Shown here: positions 20,136 to 28,553 of the stretch, in pieces | How the letters are laid out: each line of letters starts with the position of its first letter | How positions within the stretch are numbered: position 1 is the first letter of the stretch | Assembly: GCA_014075295.1 (NCBI GenBank) | Contig: CP046180.1 | Coordinates: forward strand, 954,458 to 1,018,457 | DNA: 64,000 bases | Direction: 5' to 3' | Source of the DNA: Candidatus Mycalebacterium zealandia | GTDB lineage: Bacteria; Desulfobacterota_D; UBA1144; Nemesobacterales; Mycalebacteriaceae | Notes under the pieces: generated by a model | What the model was told of the DNA's origin: nothing | What the model saw: only the letters and a program-made list of their open reading frames with translations | Databases searched by the model: none | Made by a program: the position numbers and the translations under genes

Positions 20136-21851
20136 TCACGCGACATCAACCGGGTCAAAGATCATCTGATTCATCGCCTCGCCGGGCGAAATCATCGGAT
20201 AGACCATCTCTTCGGGGTCAACTTTGATTTCCATCAAAACAACTCCTTTGGCTTCAAGTCCCTGTTTAAAAACCCCTTCAAGCTCTTCGGTTTTTTCGGC
20301 TTTCAAACCGGTCGCTCCGAAGGATTCGGCAAGTTTGACGAAATCCGGAAGGACGTTGAATTTGGAGCATGAGTAGTTTCCGTCAAAAAACATTGTCTGC
20401 CACTGCCGCACCATTCCGTGGTGTTCGTTGTTGAAAACCACAATTTTGAGGTCAAGCCCGTATTCAACGGCGACCGCGAGTTCCTGCATATTCATCTGGA
20501 AACTCCCGTCTCCGGAAACGCTTATGACAAGGTCGTTGGGCTTTGCGAATTTCGCGCCCATCGCGGCGGGAAACCCGAATCCCATTGTTCCAAGTCCGCC
20601 GGACGTTATGTGGCTGCGCGGACGGTTGAATTTGTAGAACTGCGCCACCCACATCTGATGCTGACCGACATCGCTCACAATTGTGGCTTCCCCGTCCGTC
20701 ATCGTGTGCAACATGTCAATGGCGTGGGTCGTCTGGATTTTGTCCGCATGCTCTTTGTGCTTGAGAGGGTGCTGTTTGTCCCACTTGCTTATCTGCTCTC
20801 TCCACGCGTCTCTCTCTGAGAGGTCAATGTCAGCCGGAAGGGCATCCATTATCTGCTCCAGAACCTGCTTCGCGTCCCCGACAATAGGACAGTCAACGTT
20901 GATGTTTTTGTCTATCGTTGAGGGGTCAATATCTATATGAATTATCTTTGCGTTCGGCGCAAACTGGTCAAAATTGCCTCCGGTCGCCCTGTCGTCAAAT
21001 CTTGCGCCAATTGAGACGACAAGGTCGGATTCGTGAACGGCCAGATTGGCGGCGTATGAACCGTGCATTCCAATCATATTGACAAAAAGCGGGTCGTTCG
21101 CGGGAAATCCGCCGAGCCCCATAAGGGTTGAGGTAACGGGTATGCGCAACCTGTGGGCGAACTCTTTAAGCCGCTCGGTGGCGCCGGACAAAATAACTCC
21201 GCCGCCCGAAAAAATTATGGGCTTCTTCGCTTTCTCTATGAAGGAAACCGCTCTCTTGATTTGAGCCGGATTCCCTTTCAGTTTCGGTTTGTAGCCCCTG
21301 ATGTTGACATCTTCAGGAATGCAAAGCTCACCCTCGCCGATAAGAACATCCTTGGGCATATCAACCAGAACCGGGCTGGGTCTTCCAGTTGTTGCTATGT
21401 GAAGCGCCTCTTTCATCGCTCTGGGAAGATCCTCGGTTTTCCGCACAAGCGTGTTGTGCTTCGTACAGGGTCTTGTTATACCGATGTGGTCGGCTTCTTG
21501 AAACGCATCGCTCCCAAGATACTGAGTCGGAACCTGTCCGGTGAATATGACGATCGGCGCAGAATCCATCTGAGCGGTCGCTATGCCGGTTACGGTGTTT
21601 GTCGCGGCGGGTCCGGAAGTGCAAAGCACAACTCCGGGCTTGCCGGACGCTCTGGCATAACCGTCCGCCATGTGGGTTGCCCCCTGTTCGTGGCGCGCCA
21701 TAACATGAAGGAACTTTCCTTCCTTCTCGTATTCGGTCATAACATCGTAAACCTTGAGGACATAGCCCCCGGGCAGACCGAAAACGACTTCAATACCCTC
21801 GTGAATGAGGGTCTCAAAAAACATCTGCGCTCCGAGCATTTGTTTTGACAT
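20136..21851 (-). CDS. ilvB: acetolactate synthase large subunit
   Basis: ThDP-enzyme motifs (GDGSFQMNMQELA) and the AHAS family signature. Trimmed to ATG 21851 (MSKQMLGAQMFFETL), which follows an AAGGAGG ribosome-binding site. Confidence 0.95.
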   Translation of the reverse strand: MSKQMLGAQMFFETLIHEGIEVVFGLPGGYVLKVYDVMTEYEKEGKFLHVMARHEQGATHMADGYARASGKPGVVLCTSGPAATNTVTGIATAQMDSAPIVIFTGQVPTQYLGSDAFQEADHIGITRPCTKHNTLVRKTEDLPRAMKEALHIATTGRPSPVLVDMPKDVLIGEGELCIPEDVNIRGYKPKLKGNPAQIKRAVSFIEKAKKPIIFSGGGVILSGATERLKEFAHRLRIPVTSTLMGLGGFPANDPLFVNMIGMHGSYAANLAVHESDLVVSIGARFDDRATGGNFDQFAPNAKIIHIDIDPSTIDKNINVDCPIVGDAKQVLEQIMDALPADIDLSERDAWREQISKWDKQHPLKHKEHADKIQTTHAIDMLHTMTDGEATIVSDVGQHQMWVAQFYKFNRPRSHITSGGLGTMGFGFPAAMGAKFAKPNDLVISVSGDGSFQMNMQELAVAVEYGLDLKIVVFNNEHHGMVRQWQTMFFDGNYSCSKFNVLPDFVKLAESFGATGLKAEKTEELEGVFKQGLEAKGVVLMEIKVDPEEMVYPMISPGEAMNQMIFDPVDVA

Positions 21852-22006
21852 CGGAACACCTCCTTTGAACACTCGGCTCCGAAACAACCGCGATGCTTTC
21901 GCCGCGCTCCGGCAGAACCGAAATTTGCTCCCGTTTGCTACGGAAGCGGTGAAATTATATGCGCACAGAAAAAATTTTCAAGAAAATTGTTAAATGTGAA
22001 GAAATA

Positions 22007-22915
22007 CTAACTGTCTAATCTTACCTTTTTCTCCAGCAAGTAGTTGCAAAACGCACTACATATAACAAGCATAAATTTTGCATCTTCAAAAGAGGCTTTC
22101 ATATCATTTGTTGTTCCGTGGCGAATACCATCTTCATCACTTGTGTATGCATACAACTTTTCCAAGGCAATTTTGAATGCCGGATGCAATTGTGTAGCAG
22201 ATTCTACTTCGTTTATACAATCTGATAATGTCGCATTGGACTTGCTGGCAATCTCTTTGCAGATTTGTTCTACGGCACTAATTGATTCTTTGATGGAATT
22301 TTCGTAGTCGGGGTTTTTTCTGTCATATAAGTGGTCGATTGCTTTCTCTATGTGAGGAGAGTGTTGAACAGCTTTCTCTACGGACTGTTTTTCCTCTTCG
22401 CTATCAAGGTCTGTTATTTGACCTTTTATAAGTCGGTATCCAACACATTGTTCTCTGAATACATCATTAAACTCATTGGTAAGTTGCTGAATAATTTCTG
22501 ATGATTGGTCATCAACAAGAAGGTCAATGAAGTCAAGTTTGTCATTATAAGAACTATCAAAAAAGAAACTACGATATTGTTTATATGAATCATCATTAAG
22601 CTTATATGACCATTCGTTGATAAGTTTACGTCCTATGGATTTAGGTCTAGGGTGAGAATCGTAAATTCCAGTAAATCTATCTAGGGGTTTTTCTAACAAT
22701 TCAGAGTGAATTTTTCTCATAGAATTAGTGACTTTCTGCCTATGTTCTTCCAGTTCTTCTATGCGGGAATAGGAACTTCCGAAATCCTGATTCCCCCCTT
22801 CAAAGAATTTAGTAACAACATCCCAAATTTTATTCTCTGTTACGGCATCAAACTCATCCTTTTGGAGAGTGGGCGACTCTTTCAAACCCTTTCTATAAGA
22901 AAATGTTTTCTTCAT
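22007..22915 (-). CDS. low-GC orphan protein, Abi/HEPN-type abortive-infection-like (tentative)
   Basis: A 302-aa ORF at about 38% GC (by eye) versus about 55% in neighbours. C-terminal ...DEDGIRHGTTNDMKASFEDAKFMLVICSAF resembles the R..HG core of Abi_C/HEPN-like domains; the N-terminus is a K/E-rich helical region. An AAAGG ribosome-binding site lies 8 nt upstream of the ATG. Confidence 0.6.
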   Translation of the reverse strand: MKKTFSYRKGLKESPTLQKDEFDAVTENKIWDVVTKFFEGGNQDFGSSYSRIEELEEHRQKVTNSMRKIHSELLEKPLDRFTGIYDSHPRPKSIGRKLINEWSYKLNDDSYKQYRSFFFDSSYNDKLDFIDLLVDDQSSEIIQQLTNEFNDVFREQCVGYRLIKGQITDLDSEEEKQSVEKAVQHSPHIEKAIDHLYDRKNPDYENSIKESISAVEQICKEIASKSNATLSDCINEVESATQLHPAFKIALEKLYAYTSDEDGIRHGTTNDMKASFEDAKFMLVICSAFCNYLLEKKVRLDS

Positions 22916-22933
22916 TGTATTTGCCTTTACAAA

Positions 22934-23113
22934 TCAACCCCTGATTTCTCGGAGAATATCGGCTTGACTACCAAGTGCATACGCCGAGTTCACAATAAAG
23001 AAGCCAAAATTGTTGGACTTGGCTTCGTCTATGGCGGAGAGAACCAACTTCTTCTGTTTGCCCTCAATGCCATTCCTCGCAAAAAACTCATCAACACGCT
23101 CACCATTAATCAC
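22934..23113 (-). CDS. 59-aa hypothetical small protein, translationally coupled to nuoL
   Basis: The GTG start overlaps the nuoL TGA stop (GTGA). It encodes VINGERVDEFFARNGIEGKQKKLVLSAIDEAKSNNFGFFIVNSAYALGSQADILREIRG and stops 17 nt before the ATG of the Abi-like gene. Absent from the ORF track, whose apparent cutoff is 60 aa. Confidence 0.35.
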   Translation of the reverse strand: MINGERVDEFFARNGIEGKQKKLVLSAIDEAKSNNFGFFIVNSAYALGSQADILREIRG

Positions 23114-25041
23114 ATCTTCACCGACACAATCACAAGCAGAACAATAAATACCACCATAGCGGCGGTATAAGCCCTCACAAAACCGCTTTGGAGAATACTG
23201 AAAAACCGCGCGAGCCTTTTCGTCGCGTCCGCAACACCGTTCACCGCGCCGTCCACAACGGAAGTATCAAACTCCGCGAAAGATTTTGAAAAATGCCTGA
23301 ATGGAACCGAAAACACCTTTTCGTAAAACTCATTGAGCAGAATTTGAGAATGCGAAAACCTTCTCGCCGCGCCGATTGCCGTGGTTTCCACAATTTTCTC
23401 CCGCAAGCGCGGAGAGGCTTGGTATAACAGAAGCGCGGCACCGATTCCGCCAAACGCGGCAATCACCGAAACAAGCGCAAGGGTGTAATGGCTGAGCCCG
23501 CCGTTGGCGGAGGGAACAAACACGCCCGTAACAGGCTCAAGAAAATGCGTAAGAAACTCTTCACCGAACGGAAAAAACTCCGAGAGAAAATGTGGGACGG
23601 AAAGAAAACCGCCAAAAATCGCGAGCGCCGCAAGGCACACGAGAGGAATCGTCATAACTGGCGGAGACTCATAGATTTTTTCCGCCGCTTCGGGCGGAGT
23701 GTTGTTTCCGCCCTCAAAAACGCGGAGATAAAGCCGCATCATATAAAACGCCGTCAGCATCGCGCCGAAAACAGCGGCGACCCAGTGCAAAACAAAACCG
23801 CCGTCATAAACAGCGGCAAGAATGGAATCCTTGCTGAAAAATCCCGCAAAAAACGGCACGCCTGAAATTGCCAGAGTTCCAATGAGAAAAGTGAACGCGG
23901 TAACGGGGATTTTTTTTCTCAATCCACCCATAAATTTCATATCCTGCTCGCCGCCCAGAGCGTGAATAACACTGCCCGCTCCGAGAAAAAGTAACGCCTT
24001 GAAAAAAGCGTGCGTTACAAGATGAAAAATTGCCACTCCGAACGCTCCCGCTCCCGCCGCCATAAACATAAAACCGAGTTGGCTAACGGTTGAATACGCA
24101 AGAACTTTTTTTATGTCGGTCTGGGAAACCGCGATGTAAGCCGCCACAAGAGCGGTAAAAACCGCCACTGTTAGAATGACAAACTGCGCGTCCGGCGCCG
24201 AGGAATAAAGAACGGCGAGTCGCGCGAGCATATAAACTCCGGCGGTAACCATGGTCGCCGCATGGATAAGAGCGCTTACGGGAGTGGGTCCCGCCATCGC
24301 GTCCGGAAGCCATACATAAAGCGGAAACTGCGCGCTTTTTCCAACCGCTCCGATAAAAAGAAGCAAACACACGGCGGTAAGAGCCCACTGCGGAGCGGCG
24401 GGAGCGGCGGAAATAATTTCAGAAAATTCAAGGGAGCCGAAAACCGCAAACACCAGAAAAATTCCCAGCATAAAACCGAAATCCCCTATGCGGTTCACGA
24501 CAAACGCTTTTCTGCCGGCATCAGATTTTGCTGAGTCATTGAACCAGAAACCGATGAGCAGGTAGGAGACAAAACCCACTCCCTCCCAACCGGCAAACAT
24601 TACGACAAACCCCGAGCCGAGAACGAGCAGAAGCATAAAAAACACAAACAAATTCAGAAGCGCGAAATAGCGCGGAACCGCGCCGTCTCCTTTCATGTAT
24701 CCGGCTGAATACACGTGAATCAAAAACCCCACCCACGTTATGACAAGTGTCATCACCGCGGACAGGCGGTCAAAAACAAAACTGAAAGATACCGCGAGTG
24801 AGCCGGAGGAGAACCATTCAAAAAATCTGAACTGCTCGGGCGAGCCGGAATAAACACCGTACGCGAGAACCGAAGCGCAAAGCGCGGAAATCAGAACTGC
24901 CACCGAACCGACAAAAGCGGACGCCTTCGCCTCAAAACCGGGCGACACAGCGTGCAAACGCCGGAGAAGTCCGGTTGAAATCAAAATGCCGTTGATGAAC
25001 GCTCCGGCAAGAGGGGTTAAAAGTATTAAAGGCAACATCAT
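23110..25041 (-). CDS. nuoL: NADH-quinone oxidoreductase subunit L
   Basis: 643-aa polytopic antiporter-like subunit with the long C-terminal amphipathic helix; overlaps the nuoK stop. Confidence 0.9.
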   Translation of the reverse strand: MMLPLILLTPLAGAFINGILISTGLLRRLHAVSPGFEAKASAFVGSVAVLISALCASVLAYGVYSGSPEQFRFFEWFSSGSLAVSFSFVFDRLSAVMTLVITWVGFLIHVYSAGYMKGDGAVPRYFALLNLFVFFMLLLVLGSGFVVMFAGWEGVGFVSYLLIGFWFNDSAKSDAGRKAFVVNRIGDFGFMLGIFLVFAVFGSLEFSEIISAAPAAPQWALTAVCLLLFIGAVGKSAQFPLYVWLPDAMAGPTPVSALIHAATMVTAGVYMLARLAVLYSSAPDAQFVILTVAVFTALVAAYIAVSQTDIKKVLAYSTVSQLGFMFMAAGAGAFGVAIFHLVTHAFFKALLFLGAGSVIHALGGEQDMKFMGGLRKKIPVTAFTFLIGTLAISGVPFFAGFFSKDSILAAVYDGGFVLHWVAAVFGAMLTAFYMMRLYLRVFEGGNNTPPEAAEKIYESPPVMTIPLVCLAALAIFGGFLSVPHFLSEFFPFGEEFLTHFLEPVTGVFVPSANGGLSHYTLALVSVIAAFGGIGAALLLYQASPRLREKIVETTAIGAARRFSHSQILLNEFYEKVFSVPFRHFSKSFAEFDTSVVDGAVNGVADATKRLARFFSILQSGFVRAYTAAMVVFIVLLVIVSVKM

Positions 25042-25337
25042 CCGCGAAAGTTTCTTATCAAATCTATGTTCAGACTTTTCAGCCCGGAGTAGAGAACAAT
25101 AACCAGCGCAAGCCCGATTGCGACCTCCGCCGCCGCCACCGTTATGGAAACCAGAACCAGCACATTGCCCGCTCCGTCTTCAAAAAGCCGCGAAAACGCT
25201 ATGAGGCAAAGGTTTGCCGCATTAAGCATAATCTCAACCGACATCAGAACAACAAGAATGTTTTTTCTTGTGAACACACCGAAAGCCCCAATGACAAAAA
25301 GGGCAAACGCAAGCGCGATGTATCCGTCCGGCGTCAA
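25038..25337 (-). CDS. nuoK: NADH-quinone oxidoreductase subunit K
   Basis: 99 aa with three TM helices and conserved glutamates (MSVEIMLNAANL, AAAEVAIGLAL). Confidence 0.9.
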   Translation of the reverse strand: MTPDGYIALAFALFVIGAFGVFTRKNILVVLMSVEIMLNAANLCLIAFSRLFEDGAGNVLVLVSITVAAAEVAIGLALVIVLYSGLKSLNIDLIRNFRG

Positions 25338-25870
25338 CGCAGACCCCTTGAAATCGCCACCGTTCCGACAATCGCCGCCACAATGAGAATTGAAGTTACT
25401 TCAAAAGCAAACAGATAGTCCGTGAGCAAAAGCCACGACATCTCCGAAACTGTTCCGTCAAAATCTCCCGTGCGGGCTGGCGCGGCGAACGGGGCAATTT
25501 TCAGCCCGAAATACACCGCCGCGACAATCGCGGGCAGAAGAAATGACAGTTTTTTCGGAATCTCCGACGGACCGAATTCCTCGTCGCTTTTGCGCACATT
25601 GAGAAAAACAATCGTGAAAAGAAAAAGAACGACAATTGCGCCCGCATAAACAAGCACCTGAACCGCCGCCAGAAAATGAGCGTCAAGAATACCGAAAAGC
25701 ACGGCGGATGAAACGATTGTTACAACAAGTGAAATCGCGCACAGAGCCGTGTTTGGAAGCAAAACAACCGCAATCGCGGACACAACGGCGAGCGCGGAAA
25801 ATATGTAAAAGAAAAGCGACTCGGCAACGGGCATTTGGTTGAACTTTACAGGAAATAGGGGGTGAGGCAA
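25334..25870 (-). CDS. nuoJ: NADH-quinone oxidoreductase subunit J
   Basis: NuoJ-like TM protein (VQVLVYAGAIVVLFLFTIVFL). Confidence 0.85.
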   Translation of the reverse strand: MPHPLFPVKFNQMPVAESLFFYIFSALAVVSAIAVVLLPNTALCAISLVVTIVSSAVLFGILDAHFLAAVQVLVYAGAIVVLFLFTIVFLNVRKSDEEFGPSEIPKKLSFLLPAIVAAVYFGLKIAPFAAPARTGDFDGTVSEMSWLLLTDYLFAFEVTSILIVAAIVGTVAISRGLR

Positions 25871-25904
25871 TAGAAAGTCTCAGTATTCAACACCTTGCTT
25901 ATCC

Positions 25905-27032
25905 TTATCTGTCCACCTTGTTAACAGTAGGTTTTGGTATATGCAATGGCATATTCGGATTTCCTTTTACAAATGGGGCAATACAAATAAGTCGGTGGGC
26001 ATTCTTGCTTGGATACCACTGTTTCCGCCAATGCATACGGACCCACCAACGCTTGTCCCACTCTGATTTACCTGTGCCTGGTTGATCTTTTATTTTTCTC
26101 CAAGTTACTACATTAACTTCAGTTTGGCTTACTGGTAAATCCATACCTATGCGCTTTCGGTCCGGTCGTTTCAATGCCTTTTCGCTTAGCACATCTACAA
26201 GTTTTTGCTCTAAGAAAGCAGTCATTTTTGCCGCAATAAAAAACCATGGATGATGAGCCGGTACGGCTGGTGCTACTAGCCTGAGAATATCTTTTTCAAG
26301 AGCTTCTGCTATAACCACTTGTTTATTATCAGGAATATTTTCCTCTACAGGGTTAGGATATATTCCCAACACTTCTCTCTGAGGCGTAATGATTATTGCA
26401 AAAGGAAAAAAGTTTTTTGAAAGATGTAATCTGTCAGCGACTTTGCCTTCATTAATCTTTCTAAACAGGTGAAACCCTACACCAATACCTTCAGGAAGTA
26501 TGAGCGACTCTGTTTCCAAGTTGTCAACATCGGGCATTGACAACACCTCTTCAATTTGTTCCGTGTGCCAATACCATGTCGGCATATCATCAAAAAACAA
26601 ATCCTCGAAATGAGATTCTAGCATTTGTTTTACAGCCTCTGCTTCCCCCGCACTGCTAGTAGAAAAATGAGAATTGACTATGCGGTCCCAACGTTTTTTA
26701 TCTGGTATATATCTTTTTATAATTTCATGTTTGGACAACATCTGTTGTTGTTTTGTTGTTTCCGCAATTTCTTTCCAGCTATCAGCGCCCTGAAAACAAC
26801 CCCGATTAATAAGGGTCTCCGTTATTCTTTCCACTGTGGGATGGCACTTTGAACATAGGGCTACAAGATTCTCTAGATTATCTGTCCCGCCGCGTCTTCT
26901 TGAAACAATATGATGAACATGAAGATTTTGCTTTTCAGGTTTATCCCCGCAAATCCGACACACCTTATCTCTTTCTCTTACTTCGGTGTATATGTCCGTC
27001 TCTGCTATTTTTTCCCATTTCCCCGACTTCAC
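25905..27032 (-). CDS. low-GC HNH endonuclease domain protein with an uncharacterised roughly 270-aa C-terminal region
   Basis: GTG start 1 nt after the nth stop. The N-terminus has CRICGDKPEKQNLHVHHIVSRRRGGTDNLENLVALCSKCH (HNH/zinc-binding). The C-terminus has no motif I recognise. GC is about 41% by eye. Confidence 0.75.
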   Translation of the reverse strand: MKSGKWEKIAETDIYTEVRERDKVCRICGDKPEKQNLHVHHIVSRRRGGTDNLENLVALCSKCHPTVERITETLINRGCFQGADSWKEIAETTKQQQMLSKHEIIKRYIPDKKRWDRIVNSHFSTSSAGEAEAVKQMLESHFEDLFFDDMPTWYWHTEQIEEVLSMPDVDNLETESLILPEGIGVGFHLFRKINEGKVADRLHLSKNFFPFAIIITPQREVLGIYPNPVEENIPDNKQVVIAEALEKDILRLVAPAVPAHHPWFFIAAKMTAFLEQKLVDVLSEKALKRPDRKRIGMDLPVSQTEVNVVTWRKIKDQPGTGKSEWDKRWWVRMHWRKQWYPSKNAHRLICIAPFVKGNPNMPLHIPKPTVNKVDR

Positions 27033-27033
27033 T

Positions 27034-27747
27034 TTATTTCACCCCGACCCTCATGCACCACTTACTCACCGGACAAACATCGCACTTTGGCGAGATGGGT
27101 TTGCAGATTGTCTGCCCGAACGCGACAAGCAGACCGTTGTATTCAATCCAGTATTTTCCCGGCAGTTTTTCGCGTAGCGCAAACTCGGTTTTTTCCGGCG
27201 TTTTTGTGCGCACATAGCCAAGCCTATTGGAAATTCTGTGAACGTGTATGTCAACACAAATCCCGGGTTTGCCGTAACCGAGTGTTACGACAAGATTGGC
27301 GGTTTTTCTTCCGACTCCATCAAAATCCAGAAGTTCATCAATCGTGTCCGGCACTTCACCGCCGCGCTCATTTTCAAGCCGCTTGCAAAGTTTGATTATG
27401 TTCGCCGCTTTTGTTCTGTAAAAACCAACCGGATAGATCAGTTTTTGAACCGTTTTCTCTCCCAGAGAGATAATCGCACGAGGCGTTTTCGCTTCGGCAA
27501 ATAATCTTCTTGAAGCCGCCGCGGTTGTTTCGTCTCTTGTGCGCAAACTCAAGATTGTGGAAATCAAAATCCTGAACGGGTCGCCGCCGTGCGTTTCCTC
27601 AAGGTTCATAACGGGCGGATTCCACTTTCGGGACTTAGTCCTCAAAATTGAGATGACTTTTGAAATGTTGGCGTCCGCAAACGCACCCTTATCAAAAGCC
27701 CGTATTGCGCGGGATGTTTTCGGCAACGGTCTATTGAAGCGGCTCAT
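27034..27747 (-). CDS. nth: endonuclease III
   Basis: HhH-GPD fold (LVAFGQTIC), catalytic K/D residues, and a C-terminal 4Fe-4S motif CKPISPKCDVCPVSKWC. Confidence 0.9.
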   Translation of the reverse strand: MSRFNRPLPKTSRAIRAFDKGAFADANISKVISILRTKSRKWNPPVMNLEETHGGDPFRILISTILSLRTRDETTAAASRRLFAEAKTPRAIISLGEKTVQKLIYPVGFYRTKAANIIKLCKRLENERGGEVPDTIDELLDFDGVGRKTANLVVTLGYGKPGICVDIHVHRISNRLGYVRTKTPEKTEFALREKLPGKYWIEYNGLLVAFGQTICKPISPKCDVCPVSKWCMRVGVK

Positions 27748-28534
27748 CGCCGCCCGCGGCGGCGCACATCTGCCTCAAATCCTCCCATTTTTGAAAGAAG
27801 CGCGCGGAAATTTCGTAAGACTCTTTCCACTTGCCCTCGTCAAGCAGGGAGAAAATCTTGGCGACCTGCTCAACCGAACGCTCCCTGTCAAGCGACTGCG
27901 GCGTCAGAACCGAGCACACATCGCCGTAGTTCAAAACCGCATAGCCGCCCTCCTCACGCCCTGAAAACCATCTGTCCATATTTCTCACACCTTTTTCCAT
28001 CCACTCAACCATCGCACGCAGTTTTTCGTGATCTGTTTTGTCAAACGCGCGCGAAAGAGTCTCTTCGGCGGCGGCGAGTTTTTCCCGCGTGGGGCCGACC
28101 TTTGTGTTGTAATGAATTGAACTAAAACCCCAGTGGGAATAAAAATTACGCCTGCCCGATTCCTCAAAAGCGGCAAACCATTCAAACGGAACCGCGTTCT
28201 CGCACGAAAGTATGTTGGGATTTTCCGCGCCGCCCAGAGGACAGACGTATAGAACCCCGTCTTCGCTTCTGATGAAAAAACAGTCTCTCACGGCGGGCTC
28301 TTCAACCCCCATGTGGTCGGCAATGGCGCGGCGGAAGTTCCCGTATTCATTACCGAACCAGATGCCAAACGGAGACATGGGACCTCCCCAATACTGCTCG
28401 TAAAAATCTATGTATTGCCGCCAGTATGAACGCTCATCTTCGGGCACGCTTTCAATGGAATCGTAGATAATGAGAGTGCTCTGCGCCACGCGGCAAATAC
28501 CTCTCAGCAAGTATAAGGGCGTCTGTGCCGGCAC
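27731..28534 (-). CDS. hypothetical protein
   Basis: A 267-aa ORF at native GC whose stop overlaps the nth start by 17 nt; rich in aromatic residues (W/F/Y); no recognised motif. Confidence 0.55.
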   Translation of the reverse strand: MPAQTPLYLLRGICRVAQSTLIIYDSIESVPEDERSYWRQYIDFYEQYWGGPMSPFGIWFGNEYGNFRRAIADHMGVEEPAVRDCFFIRSEDGVLYVCPLGGAENPNILSCENAVPFEWFAAFEESGRRNFYSHWGFSSIHYNTKVGPTREKLAAAEETLSRAFDKTDHEKLRAMVEWMEKGVRNMDRWFSGREEGGYAVLNYGDVCSVLTPQSLDRERSVEQVAKIFSLLDEGKWKESYEISARFFQKWEDLRQMCAAAGGDEPLQ

Positions 28535-28553
28535 GCAAAACCGCCGGCCGGTT

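Noticed and set aside
22706-23170. A plus-strand 154-aa ORF spanning the end of the Abi-like gene and the nuoL 3' end.
   Set aside because: It is antisense to two well-supported minus-strand genes and has no coding features of its own.
23488-23865. K/R-rich antisense ORFs inside nuoL (and similar ones at 24262..24534 and 25636..25842).
   Set aside because: These are typical spurious antisense frames within GC-rich membrane-protein genes.
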